From Acidobacteriota bacterium (GTDB lineage Bacteria > Acidobacteriota > UBA6911 > RPQK01 > CBDAPI01): a DNA stretch of 64,000 nt. The stretch covers positions 554,363-618,362 of the forward strand of contig CBDCBX010000020.1 in the NCBI GenBank assembly GCA_965214465.1, written 5' to 3'. Positions within the stretch are counted from its first letter, which is position 1; each line of letters begins with the position of its first letter. Shown here in pieces: positions 29,399 through 39,515 of the stretch. Position numbers and translations under genes: made by a program. The notes below the pieces were generated by a model that worked only from the letters and a program-made list of their open reading frames with translations, was not told the DNA's origin and ran no database searches.

Positions 29399-30382
29399 AT
29401 GTCGGAGTCAATCATGAAAAAGCACGTTCTGGTACTGGCCAGTCCCGGTCATCCCGACCTTCCGACCCTGGATGTCATCCGTGATCGGGCCCACATTCAG
29501 GTAGCCGATAGTCCTGAGCAGGCCCGGTCAGCCGTCGGCCAGGCGGAGATCGTCTTTGCCTTGCAGTTCGACAAGCACTGGTTGCTCCAGGACATCTGAC
29601 CTGGAGCCAGCTCAGTACGCTGGGTTCAATCTTCCTACGCCGGCGTCGAATCGTTGATGTTTCCGGAGTTGTTGGAAAGCCAGGTCGTCCTGACCAACGC
29701 GCGCGGTCTCTACAGCCGTGTACTGGCCGAGTTCGTGGTTGCAGCCATTCTCTATTTCGCCAAGCGTCTGGATGAACTGCGAAGCAACCAGAGAGCCGGC
29801 ATCTGGTCTCGGCTCCAGGTCGAAGAGGTCTGGGGAGGGACGGTCGGGATCGTAGGCGTGGGAGATGTAGGCCGGGCCTGTGCGGGGCAGGTTCAGGCTC
29901 TGGGCATGCGCCTGCTGGGATGCAAGCGGAATCCGGATACCATGCCCGAAATTCACCCTTTTGAACGGATGGTTTCACCCGACCGACTCCTGGAGATACT
30001 CCCGGAGTGCGACTGGGTCGTGCTGGCGACTCCTCTCACAACAAGAACCCGGGGGATGATTGGGGAACCCGAGCTGCGGGCCATGAAACCAAACAGTGTG
30101 CTCATCAACATCGGCCGGGGTGCCACGATCAGAGAGCCGGCTTTGATTCGGGCGCTGCAGGAGGGTTGGATTCGGGGAGCAGCTCTGGACGTGGTCGACC
30201 CGGAGCCGCTTCCAGCCCACAGCCCTCTGTGGGGAATGGACAATGTACTGCTGACTGCTCACTCTGCAGACCACACCTCCGATGACCTGGTGCAGGCAGG
30301 CCGGCTTTTCGTAGGGAACTTTCGCCGTTACGTCGACGGAAAACCCCTGCTCAACATGGTGAATAAACAAGCCGGGTATTGA
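29399..30382 (+). pseudogene. D-isomer-specific 2-hydroxyacid dehydrogenase interrupted by an in-frame TGA (29597-29599)
   Basis: AAGGAG RBS 8 nt upstream of the ATG. ORFs 29399..29599 and 29654..30382 are in the same frame. Readthrough gives ...DKHWLLQDI*PGASSVRWVQSSYAGVESL..., the conserved catalytic/NAD-domain junction. GxGxxG-like VGIVGVGDVGRA follows. Confidence 0.6.
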
Positions 30383-30399
30383 TTTCGGATACCGGAGCA

Positions 30400-31461
30400 C
30401 TAGCCTCCTGCCCCTAGTATCTCCCGCTTCAAATCCTCGTCCAGATTGGCCCCGCTGACCACGAGGCAGACGGTCCGGTTCCTTATGGATTCCCTGGATT
30501 GCAGCGCACCTGCCAGTGGGGCGGCAGCAGCCCCCTCGACCAGATGCCCGGTAGCCTCGTAGAACAATCTCACAGCTTCCTTCAGGGCCCCTTCCGACAC
30601 CAGGATCATCCGATCCACGACCTCCAGCATCAACTTCACCGCTTTCGGGATGGCAATGCGCACTGCCAAGCCGCTCGCAAAGGTGTCGCATGTGGCGGTA
30701 TCCACCGGCCGGCCAGCCTGAAACGACAGGGCCATGCAGGGAGCCGCTTCGGATTGCACACCCACCACCTCGAGATCAGGATCGTGCTCTTTGAGGATGG
30801 ATCCGATCCCCCCGATCAAGGCACCGTTCCCTACAGGCACAAAGACAACCTCCACCTCCGGCAGTGATTTCGCGATCTCCAGCCCGATCGTGGAGGTGCC
30901 GTCATAAATCTCGGGGGTTGATCCATCCTCGACGAAAAGACTTTCTTTGGAAAGGGCATCTGTTAGAAGCTCCTTGGTCTCGTCGATATCTCGCCCCAGA
31001 AACTCGAGGTTGGCCTCAAACTGGCGAATGAGCCTGACCTTGCTCTGGTCACACCCGACTGGAACGCCGACGGTCAAGGGCACTCCATACTGCTGGCAGG
31101 CAAACGCCATAGCGGCGCCGTGATTGCCGGTAGAGGCCGTGACCAGGTTGGGCAGCGTCGCTGCCGGACCAGCGGTCAGGTGGTGAAGAAGATTCAGCGC
31201 ACCTCGGATCTTGAACGATCTCACAGGATTGTCGAATTCGTAGCGCGCATAGGCACGACATCCCACGAGGTTGCTCAAGACAGCCTCCGCCTTCAGCGCG
31301 GAAGGCTTGAGATGCTTCTCCAGAATCCTGGCTGCCGCCACAGCCCGATCAATGGTGGGACGCAGGTTGGTCACAAATGATGGCTCCAGAGAAAGAATAT
31401 CAGAGCCTCGGCAAGGTGTACATGGCCAACGCCGGTGTCTTCGATGACCTGGACGTGGCAC
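30400..31461 (-). CDS. PLP-dependent threonine/serine dehydratase-family enzyme
   Basis: SFKIRGALNLL lysine motif and glycine-rich PLP loop (GNHGAAMA). The true start is probably internal (N-terminal 60 aa are Arg-rich and atypical). Confidence 0.7.
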   Translation of the reverse strand: MPRPGHRRHRRWPCTPCRGSDILSLEPSFVTNLRPTIDRAVAAARILEKHLKPSALKAEAVLSNLVGCRAYARYEFDNPVRSFKIRGALNLLHHLTAGPAATLPNLVTASTGNHGAAMAFACQQYGVPLTVGVPVGCDQSKVRLIRQFEANLEFLGRDIDETKELLTDALSKESLFVEDGSTPEIYDGTSTIGLEIAKSLPEVEVVFVPVGNGALIGGIGSILKEHDPDLEVVGVQSEAAPCMALSFQAGRPVDTATCDTFASGLAVRIAIPKAVKLMLEVVDRMILVSEGALKEAVRLFYEATGHLVEGAAAAPLAGALQSRESIRNRTVCLVVSGANLDEDLKREILGAGG

Positions 31462-32339
31462 TGGACTGGCATCCGGACGTCAAGACCGGAGTCAACAATC
31501 AGGCCGAACAGGCCTTGAACAACTTCACTGTCGAATTTTTCGGCCAGGCGGCCCACGGCGCTTACGATCCCTGGAACGGGCGAAGCGCCCTCGACGCGGT
31601 GGAGCTGATGAACCATGGCATGAACATGATGCGGGAGCATATCGAGCCTACCGCCAGAATCCACTACGTGATTCCTTCCGGTGGGGAGGCTCCCAACGTG
31701 GTTCCGGAGTACGCCAGAGTCTGGTACTTCGTCCGCGATATCAGCCGGGAGAAAGTGGAACGCAACTATGCCTGGGCTCTGGACATTGCCGCCGGAGCAG
31801 CCCGAGCCACGCAAACGGATCACAAGGTCTTTCTAATCACCGGGGTGCACGCCATGCTGCTGAACCGCCCCCTCCAGGAAGCCGCTCAGAAGAATCTCGA
31901 GATCGTAGGAGCTCCCGCTTACACCGAAGAAGAGCAGTCGTTTGCCCGGGAGCTGCAGGGGTTTCTTAAGATTGAACAGAAGGGGCTCTCCACCTCGATC
32001 CGTCCCCTGGCGGGAGAACCGGAACTGGCTGAGGGTGGGTCCACCGACGTGGCAGAGGTCAGCCGCATCACTCCCACCGTCAGCATCACAGTGGCCTCTG
32101 CCGGAGAAGGGCTCCCCTGGCACAGCTGGGCTACCTCCGCTTCCCACGGCATCGCCGGAGCTTCCCGGGCAGCCCAGGTGGCAGCCAGGGCCCTGGCTTT
32201 GAACGGAGTCGATCTCCTGACCGATCCCGACCTCCTGACCCGGGCCCACGCCTTCTTTCTCGAGGAGAAGGGCGAACAGCCGTATCAATCCCCGATACCA
32301 GTCGATCAGAAACCGCCGCTTCCGGAGGGTCGCCAGTAG
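31377..32339 (+). pseudogene. M20D-family amidohydrolase/peptidase (AbgB/hippuricase-like), 5'-truncated fragment
   Basis: Contains the dimerisation-domain and C-terminal catalytic-domain segments (FTVEFFGQAAHGAYDPWNGRSALDA ... IPSGGEAPNVVPE). Lacks the N-terminal roughly 150 aa with metal ligands. Upstream space is occupied by the convergent dehydratase gene. Confidence 0.5.
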
Positions 32340-32417
32340 GAGGACCCTCCGTGGTCCGATCAGATCTTCAGGTTCTGATGACTGCTCGGGGCAAGGACTC
32401 AGAACGTCCCACAATCC

Positions 32418-33062
32418 CTAGGCCAGAAGCTTCTCCACCAGATTGCCGTGGACGTCCGTGAGGCGGTGGTGGCGGCCCTGGTACTTGAAGGTCAGTTTCT
32501 TATGATCGATCCCCAGGCAGTGGAGGACGGTGGCCTGCAGATCGTGGACGTGCACCGGATCCTCCAGGATGTTGTAGGAAAAGTCGTCCGTCTTCCCCAG
32601 CGTGATTCCTGCTTTGACCCCGCCTCCCGCCATCCACATGGTAAAGCAGCGGGGATGGTGATCCCGGCCGTAATTGTCATCCTTCAGGGCACCCTGGCAG
32701 TAGACGGTCCTGCCAAACTCCCCGCCCCAGACCACCAGCGTGTCGTCGAGCAGTCCGCGCTGTTTCAGATCGGTAACAAGCGCGGCTGAAGCCTGGTCGA
32801 CGTCACGGCACTGCAGCCGGATGTCACGGGGTAGATCTTTGTGCTGGTCCCAGCCCCGGTGGTAGAGCTGGATGAAACGGACGTCTTTTTCGAGCAATCG
32901 CCGGGCCAGCAGGCAGTTGGCCGCGTACGTACCCGGCGTCCTGGAGTCCGGACCGTAAAGCTCGAAAGTACTTTCCGGTTCAGTGGACAAATCCGTCAGC
33001 TCGGGTACCGACACCTGCACTGGAAGCCAGAGCGCGGGCCGCTTCGACGAAGGTGGTGTCAT
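32418..33062 (-). pseudogene. DUF1501 (sulfatase-like) protein, C-terminal half only
   Basis: [11 protein letters not shown]...[19 protein letters not shown]... is the DUF1501 C-terminus. The N-terminal roughly 250 aa are absent and the ORF overlaps the upstream DUF1553 gene. Confidence 0.55.
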
Positions 33063-34794
33063 TCAGAAGCACCAGCGGCTGAAGAGGTGTATTGGTTCGG
33101 GATCGGCGAACCGTACAGAACTCGCGATCCGGGGCGTCGAAGGTGCCCAGCAAAGGAGGTGGCACGGTGCGCTTCCAGAAAGTGTAGAGGCTGCGTCTGT
33201 AGAGATCAGAGCCCGTGCTCTGGTGGTAAACCTGAGCCGTGTAGAATGCCCCGAAAGCCATTTCTTTCCAGAGACCGGCAGGCTGGTAAGGAAAACCGCT
33301 GGGGCCCCCGATCTCCAGGTTCAGTAATCCGCCCAGAGCCAGAGCTGAATCCCGAATCATCTCAGCCGGCAATCTCAATCGACTGGCGCGAGACAGCCAT
33401 CTGTTCTCCGGGTCGTGGGCGCCCGACCAGGCATTCATCTTCGAGGACTGGCGATAGGTAGCAGAGGTCACGATAAGTTTCTGCATCGCCTTCACATCCC
33501 AGCCGCTGTCCACAAACTCTCTGGCCATCCAGTCGAGCAACCCCGGGTGACTGGGAGGACTGCCCTGAGAGCCGAAGTCCTCACTGGTCTTGACCAGTCC
33601 GATTCCGAAATAGCCCTGCCAGAAACGATTCATGATCACCCGGGAGGTCAGCGGATGGTCAGCGCTGACCAGCCAGCGGGCCAGGCCCAGCCGGTTATTG
33701 GGAAGTTGCTCAGACATTGCGGGCAAACAGTCGGGTACTCCTGACTGTACTTCCTCGCGCTGATTCCGATAATCTCCCCGCTCCAGTAAGAAAGTCTTAA
33801 GAGGCTCCTCTCTTTCCCGCATCACCATGGTCCCGGCCATGGCAGACCGGATCTCCTTGAGCTCCGTGGCTAGAGCCGTCTGCCGAAGGTGTGCATCGCG
33901 CAGCCCGGCCGGGGCGCGGTGCTCGAGAAAGTAATCTCTCAATTCTTTCTTCTGCCCTGGCTTCAGCTCCTCTGCGTCAACCCGGAGCAAGGCTCTGACA
34001 GGCTCATCCCGGGTGAGTTGCAGGATTTCCTCCCGGCCCAGTTGCCGGCTGTAAAAGCGCAGGTCGTCCAGCAGAGCGGTCGTGCCTCTTCGTTGCTTCA
34101 TGAAAGGAAAGTCGGAGTTGACTCCCAGATAGAGGTTGCGATCGTTCTCGATGGTCCCGTTCAAGGTGTCCGAGTCCACCCTGCCTTCCTGCAACTCTCC
34201 ATCCAGGAAAATCTGCAGACCCGGGGCTTGCATAGATCCGTCGTAGACGATGGCGAGATGCTGCCATTTCTTATTCCGCAGGGGGTCCGGCAGCGAGATA
34301 GTCAGGGCTTGATGCGGCCACTCCCGAATCATTCTGAAGGAAAACGGCGTGCCTGGCTGGCCCGGGACCGACACTACCTGATCGCCCAAAAAGATCCCGA
34401 ACCCCCGCTCACCCTGATCCGGATCCCGTCGCGAGAGCAGATATCCCTCAGCGTTACCTGCCGGGAAAAGCCAGAGTGCAATCGTAAACGGTCTTTCTCC
34501 AGTCAGTTGGGCCGCTGCTCCCAGATCGACAAATGTCTCTCCGTCCAGGTTGATACCCTGCCCGACTCGACCCGCTTGATGCCTCACGAACTCACTGCTG
34601 GGGTGGGCGTGGTGATAGTTCCCACTGGTGTCGGCAAAATGACCGTCGAATTCATAGTGGGCGAGCAGGCTGTCATGGGAGGGGACCGGAAACTGGCCGA
34701 GAGCAAGGATCGAAGCTGGAGAGCCCCGTGGAATCCGCGGCAGGATCACAGGAAGACGAACACTGAATAGTGATAAAGTGAGGTGTTTTGGCAA
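32980..34794 (-). CDS. secreted LamG-like plus DUF1553 (PSD1) domain protein, apparently C-terminally truncated
   Basis: Signal peptide, concanavalin/LamG-like region, then DUF1553-like segment ending ...[21 protein letters not shown]. No DUF1549/PSCyt N-terminal portion. Confidence 0.55.
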   Translation of the reverse strand: MPKHLTLSLFSVRLPVILPRIPRGSPASILALGQFPVPSHDSLLAHYEFDGHFADTSGNYHHAHPSSEFVRHQAGRVGQGINLDGETFVDLGAAAQLTGERPFTIALWLFPAGNAEGYLLSRRDPDQGERGFGIFLGDQVVSVPGQPGTPFSFRMIREWPHQALTISLPDPLRNKKWQHLAIVYDGSMQAPGLQIFLDGELQEGRVDSDTLNGTIENDRNLYLGVNSDFPFMKQRRGTTALLDDLRFYSRQLGREEILQLTRDEPVRALLRVDAEELKPGQKKELRDYFLEHRAPAGLRDAHLRQTALATELKEIRSAMAGTMVMREREEPLKTFLLERGDYRNQREEVQSGVPDCLPAMSEQLPNNRLGLARWLVSADHPLTSRVIMNRFWQGYFGIGLVKTSEDFGSQGSPPSHPGLLDWMAREFVDSGWDVKAMQKLIVTSATYRQSSKMNAWSGAHDPENRWLSRASRLRLPAEMIRDSALALGGLLNLEIGGPSGFPYQPAGLWKEMAFGAFYTAQVYHQSTGSDLYRRSLYTFWKRTVPPPLLGTFDAPDREFCTVRRSRTNTPLQPLVLLNDTTFVEAARALASSAGVGTRADGFVH

Positions 34795-36293
34795 ATCTGG
34801 CCGAAGAGGAAGTAATGACTACCGGCACCTGGCTCCATCGGAAACTCCTGCTCCGCGGGCTCACCGCCGTTCTGATCCTTTTCCTCCTGGTTTGGACGCC
34901 TGTGTGGGCGCAACAGGCTCCATCGGGAGTCCGCTGGGTGGTCTCGCAGGGTCAGATCCCCCCGGTCGTCTGGGGAATCTACGACCTGGAGTCGCGAACA
35001 TGGGTCAACCGGGCCTCCGGAAGATGGGGCTCGGCCTCGGCGCCGCCTGGCCAGTACAGCGTCTACGTACGCTGGACACCGGAGTCACCCCTGGAGTGGT
35101 GGGCGATGGTTGAAGTCTATGACGGGACATTCACACCCCTGCAGTCTCGCCAGCCTCTCGCCCTTTTCAGCGGAATCGCACAGTTGGTCCAGAATGCCTA
35201 TGTGGAACCTCCGCGGATGGAGCAGGCTCTGGATGGGGCCCTGGTGGCCATGATCGAGTCACTGGATCCTTATTCGAGCTATGTCAACGCTGCTACCTTC
35301 AAGGCTTTGGACCATGGGCATCAGGCCTCCCCTGGCCTGATCGTCAACAAACTCTTCGGCTACCTCTATGTGGTCTCTGTCGTGGAGGGGAGTCCGGCGG
35401 AAGAAGAAGGGCTTTACACGGGCACCCTCATTGAATCGATCAACGGAACCACCACTGCTTTTATGAGTCTCTGGGAAGCAGAGCAACGCCTGAAGGGTCC
35501 CCCCGACACCCGAGTCGAGCTTCGAGTCGTGCGCGCCCGCAGCAGCGAGCCGGTTCAACTCCAACTGTTGCGGAGTCTGGCCGACCCTCCTGATGTTGCG
35601 ACCGAGCCACTGGGAGACGGGATCGTGCGGCTGCACCTTCCTCACCTGGGAGCGGGCGTTGCGCTGGCTCTGGAGTCGATCCTCTCCGAGATCGACAATC
35701 CCCAGACCAGTGGATTGGTCCTGGACCTCCGCGGCACCGCCCAGGGCTTGATGAAGGAATCGGTGGCAAGCGCCGACCTCTTTCTGGATGAGGGTGCGAG
35801 CATCATGACTCTTTCAGGGCGGGAAGGGCCCAGCCAAGAGTTCGTGGCAGCAAAGGGAGTCGCACTGGCGGATGTGCCGATGGTAGTTCTGATTGATCGG
35901 GGGACCAGTGGTGCCGCCGAGATTCTGGCCGCGGCCCTTGAGGATCACGGACGGGCGGAAACCCTGGGCGTGAGGAGCATTGGAAACGGAGGAGTCCAGG
36001 AGAGGCAGGATCTGGAGGACGGCGCGATGCTCCTGCTCACCACCCGGAAGGTGGTGCGCTCCACAGGCTTACCCCTGCAATCCAAGGATTTGCGGAAGTC
36101 GGGCATCAAACCCTCCCTGCGCTGGCCGGACCAGAACTGGGAGATGCAATACTACTACGACCACCTCCCGGCGGGAGACGGGTTTGATCTGGAGTCTCAC
36201 CGCGACCTGCGCAAGGCCATTCTGGAGGAGCAGCTTCGAAAGGCCATTGAAAGAATTCATGAAGCCATCCAGACCCGTAAGAAAGCAGCCTGA
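34788..36293 (+). CDS. S41-family C-terminal processing peptidase (PDZ-containing)
   Basis: 501 aa. N-terminal TM/signal, PDZ region, S41 core (VVLIDRGTSGAAEILAAAL). Confidence 0.65.
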   Translation: MANLAEEEVMTTGTWLHRKLLLRGLTAVLILFLLVWTPVWAQQAPSGVRWVVSQGQIPPVVWGIYDLESRTWVNRASGRWGSASAPPGQYSVYVRWTPESPLEWWAMVEVYDGTFTPLQSRQPLALFSGIAQLVQNAYVEPPRMEQALDGALVAMIESLDPYSSYVNAATFKALDHGHQASPGLIVNKLFGYLYVVSVVEGSPAEEEGLYTGTLIESINGTTTAFMSLWEAEQRLKGPPDTRVELRVVRARSSEPVQLQLLRSLADPPDVATEPLGDGIVRLHLPHLGAGVALALESILSEIDNPQTSGLVLDLRGTAQGLMKESVASADLFLDEGASIMTLSGREGPSQEFVAAKGVALADVPMVVLIDRGTSGAAEILAAALEDHGRAETLGVRSIGNGGVQERQDLEDGAMLLLTTRKVVRSTGLPLQSKDLRKSGIKPSLRWPDQNWEMQYYYDHLPAGDGFDLESHRDLRKAILEEQLRKAIERIHEAIQTRKKAA

Positions 36294-36305
36294 TTTGAGA
36301 AACCC

Positions 36306-37967
36306 ATGATGTTTCATTCTGCATCCGTCCCGACCAAGACCCGGAGTGTTTTCAGACCAGGAACTGCAGCTTTCCTGCTGTCCCTGCTGGTGATGGCCGC
36401 AGCCTGGACAGGCTCACGCCCCCTGGAGGCTGCCAATGACAAGGCGGACCCCGATCTACTCAAGGCGCTCCAACAGTTCTCTGGGGTTCTGAGCCGAGTG
36501 GAGAGTAGCTACGCCACCGAGGTCGATTCTGCAGAGCTGGTAGAAAGCGCAGTACGAGGAATGCTGCGGACGCTGGACCCACACAGTTCCTTTTTTGCGG
36601 CCTCCGACTACTCAAAACTCCAAGAAGAGCAGGAAGGCCAGTACTTCGGCCTGGGAATACTGATTCGCCCGGCGGCGCCGGGCTCGGGCAGAGTCGTGGT
36701 GGTGGAGCCTCCCTCCCCTGGAACCCCCGCCTACAAAGTCGGACTTCAGCCTGGCGACGTGATTTTCAGGGTCGACGGAGAACCCATCGACGAGTGGGTT
36801 TACCCCGACGAGGTTATCCCCAGAATCAAGGGACCGAAGGGTACTACGGTCAAGATCAGCGTGCAGCGCCCCGGGGAAGCGTCCCCGCTCGAGCTTGAAG
36901 TGGAGCGCGATGCGATTCCCATCTACACCATCAAGCACGTCTTTCACCTGAAGCCCGAGGTGGGCTACATCCGCATCGAGCGCTTTGGCTCGACAACCGG
37001 GAAGGAGTTGCGTGATGCTCTGGAGGAGCTTGGTGAAAAGGAGCTCGAGGGTCTGGTTCTGGACCTTCGCAACAATCCCGGAGGCTCCCTCCGGGAAGCG
37101 ATTGCCGTTTCCGACCGGTTTCTGAAACGGGACCAGGTGATCGTCAAGACTCGCAACCGGGACGGGGAAACCAAACCCTATCCGGCGCCCGAAGGACGGC
37201 AGCATCTCTACCCGATGGTGGTCCTCATTAATCACTACTCAGCCAGCGGAAGCGAGATCGTGGCGGGTGCCCTGCAGGACCATGACCGGGCGCTGCTGCT
37301 CGGAGCAACGACGTTTGGCAAAGCTCTGGTGCAGACGGTCTTTCCGCTCCCGGGAGAGCGTGGGCTGGCACTGACCACGGGGCGCTACCAGACACCCAGC
37401 GGCCGCCTCATCCAGAGACCCTTTCAGCCCGGTTTCTATGACTACCTCTATGCCAGCCAGGGTGCAGCCCCGGCTCTGGACCAGGCCTTTCTGACCGACT
37501 CCGGAAGACCGGTCTATGGGGGAGGCGGAATCCGCCCCGATGTAGAAGAAGATATCGACCGCTATACTCCATTCGCCGCCAATGTGAATCGAAAGAACTT
37601 CTTCTATAAATTCGCGGGAATGCTGATCCATGGTGAGGTCGAAGGGGAAACGCGCTTCCAGCACTCCCTGGACGAGATTCGGGAGTTGAGCGGGCAGGAG
37701 CTCGACCAACTCAAGCAGGAAGTTGCCGTCTCCGAGGAGGGAGAGACTCTCGGGAGATTCCGACAGTTCTTGGAAGGAGAGGGGCTCGAGTTTTCGGACG
37801 CAGATTTCGATGAGAGCCGCCGCCAGCTAGCCAATCGCCTGCAGCAGGAAGTCTTCCTGGTCCTGTTCGGTGAGACTGAAGGAGTCCGGATTCAGCTTCG
37901 AATCGACAATCAGGTCCAGAAGGCACTGGAGCTGTTACCCCGGGCCCGGGACTTGATGGAACGGTAG
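36306..37967 (+). CDS. S41-family carboxyl-terminal processing protease (CtpA-like)
   Basis: 553 aa. Signal peptide, PDZ, VVLINHYSASGSEIVAGALQDHDRALLLGATTFGKALVQT (Ser-Lys dyad region). Confidence 0.8.
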   Translation: MMFHSASVPTKTRSVFRPGTAAFLLSLLVMAAAWTGSRPLEAANDKADPDLLKALQQFSGVLSRVESSYATEVDSAELVESAVRGMLRTLDPHSSFFAASDYSKLQEEQEGQYFGLGILIRPAAPGSGRVVVVEPPSPGTPAYKVGLQPGDVIFRVDGEPIDEWVYPDEVIPRIKGPKGTTVKISVQRPGEASPLELEVERDAIPIYTIKHVFHLKPEVGYIRIERFGSTTGKELRDALEELGEKELEGLVLDLRNNPGGSLREAIAVSDRFLKRDQVIVKTRNRDGETKPYPAPEGRQHLYPMVVLINHYSASGSEIVAGALQDHDRALLLGATTFGKALVQTVFPLPGERGLALTTGRYQTPSGRLIQRPFQPGFYDYLYASQGAAPALDQAFLTDSGRPVYGGGGIRPDVEEDIDRYTPFAANVNRKNFFYKFAGMLIHGEVEGETRFQHSLDEIRELSGQELDQLKQEVAVSEEGETLGRFRQFLEGEGLEFSDADFDESRRQLANRLQQEVFLVLFGETEGVRIQLRIDNQVQKALELLPRARDLMER

Positions 37968-37981
37968 GGAAACCAGGGGGC

Positions 37982-38046
37982 CCATCGTAGGGGCCGGTCT
38001 TGTGCCGGCCCGTTTGGCGGGCGACAACAAGGGTCGCCCCTACAAA
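37982..38046. repeat. REP-like two-hairpin extragenic element, copy A
   Basis: CGTAGGGGCCGGTCTTGTGCCGGCCCGTTTGGCGGGCGACAACAAGGGTCGCCCCTACAA. Inverted copy at 48423-48487. Both sit just 3' of a gene. Confidence 0.6.
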
Positions 38047-39419
38047 TCGTTCTCCGGGGGCTGGACCGGTCGAAAGCCCACCAGGGTCAGCGTCGCAACG
38101 ACAGCCACAGCGATCCCCTGCCAGGGTGAGAGGAAGGCAATGGCAAAGGCAATCAGCAACGCCGTGCTTCGCTCAATTCGAGTGTGCACAAGTCCAATGG
38201 CCACATAGAAACAGGCAAATCCGGTCAGCATCAGGGTCAAAGCCAGGGCGATCGGCATGAGTGGCTTGAGTAACGTCACAAGGGGCAGGATCATGTAAAG
38301 TAGCGGGGTTCCAAGACCGTAGTAAGACGAGATTCCGCTGAACAATGAATCGATTGCCCGCCGTCCCTCGGTCCAGCGCTGCACAATGATCACGTGCACG
38401 CCCGTCCAGAGTGCGCCCTGGGTCGGAAAGAAAGGTGCAAACAGGGCCATCAGCCCGTTCCTGATCGCCAGAGAATAGTGAGATCGGGTCAAATTGATGT
38501 CGATCTTTTCATCCGGACGGGAGGGAGTCGCCGACTTGAGGACTTCAATCCCGGTGATCAGATCCCCAAACAGAATGACATAGCCCATCAATGCCAGAGG
38601 AATGGTCTGCAGAAACATTTCCAGACCGGGCCACCCGATGCTGAAGGGAGAGGCCTTACTCCACAGATCAAACACAGGCGGGATCAGGATGCCCGACTGG
38701 ATCTCGTATTCCAGTTCGCCCACGAAGGGCCCTACGATTCCCGCCCCCACGAAACCCGGGAGAAGCCCCAGAGAGGCCAGAAAGGCGACCCACCTGTACT
38801 TCTGCTTGAGCCTCTGTACCGGGAGTGAAAAAGTCAGAAGCAGACACAGTCCCAGGGCAACCAGCGTACTCACCGGTTGAATGTCAAGGGCCTCCCCTTC
38901 CACCAGGAACACGCGGTACAAAGCCGCCAGGGCGGCTCCCATGACAATACCCGCTTTGAAGGTGGCAGGGAGCCACTTCATGAACTTCTTGCCCAGCCCC
39001 GTGAAGCCCATGAAAAAGAGAATCACGGTGAAGTTAAGCGAGACCGCCGTCATGAGCTGGAAACGTTCGGTGGGAGTAGGATACACAGCGAGGCCGTCTG
39101 CCCCGGTTGCCAGCACGACACTCAGAACCAGCGGCAGAGCCGGCGTCACCCAGCCGGGAGCAAAAGGCTCCCCAAAAACGATGAAGGAACTGCATACGAG
39201 CAGAGAAAGCAGCGCGATAAAAGCGACGGCCTCCTCGAAGACGAGGCCGAACTCGCCGGTCAGGAGGGGGGCCAGGGCCAGGCCGGTGGCGCCCGCGACC
39301 AGAAATCCCTGCAACAGTTCCGGAACTTCCATGCGGGTGTGATAGATGGGCACCCGACAGGTAAACGGGCCCCATTTCCATCCCGGTTGAACAGCGCCGT
39401 GTGGACGTTGGACTGGCAT
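38040..39419 (-). CDS. polytopic membrane protein (transporter-like, family not recognised)
   Basis: 459 aa, at least 10 TM segments. Confidence 0.5.
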   Translation of the reverse strand: MPVQRPHGAVQPGWKWGPFTCRVPIYHTRMEVPELLQGFLVAGATGLALAPLLTGEFGLVFEEAVAFIALLSLLVCSSFIVFGEPFAPGWVTPALPLVLSVVLATGADGLAVYPTPTERFQLMTAVSLNFTVILFFMGFTGLGKKFMKWLPATFKAGIVMGAALAALYRVFLVEGEALDIQPVSTLVALGLCLLLTFSLPVQRLKQKYRWVAFLASLGLLPGFVGAGIVGPFVGELEYEIQSGILIPPVFDLWSKASPFSIGWPGLEMFLQTIPLALMGYVILFGDLITGIEVLKSATPSRPDEKIDINLTRSHYSLAIRNGLMALFAPFFPTQGALWTGVHVIIVQRWTEGRRAIDSLFSGISSYYGLGTPLLYMILPLVTLLKPLMPIALALTLMLTGFACFYVAIGLVHTRIERSTALLIAFAIAFLSPWQGIAVAVVATLTLVGFRPVQPPENDL

Positions 39420-39515
39420 ATTGGGTCAGGATGGTACCGGAATGAGACCGCTTTCTAAAGGGCCGCGCCAACTTCGAGACCCCTGGCCGGCAGAGGCAGA
39501 TTTTGCGGCCGCAGA

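Noticed and set aside
29597-29640. Selenocysteine recoding of the in-frame TGA
   Set aside because: The downstream hairpin is only 5 bp and lacks bacterial SECIS features. The position is a domain linker, not an active-site Cys. Kept only as a low-prior alternative in the findings.
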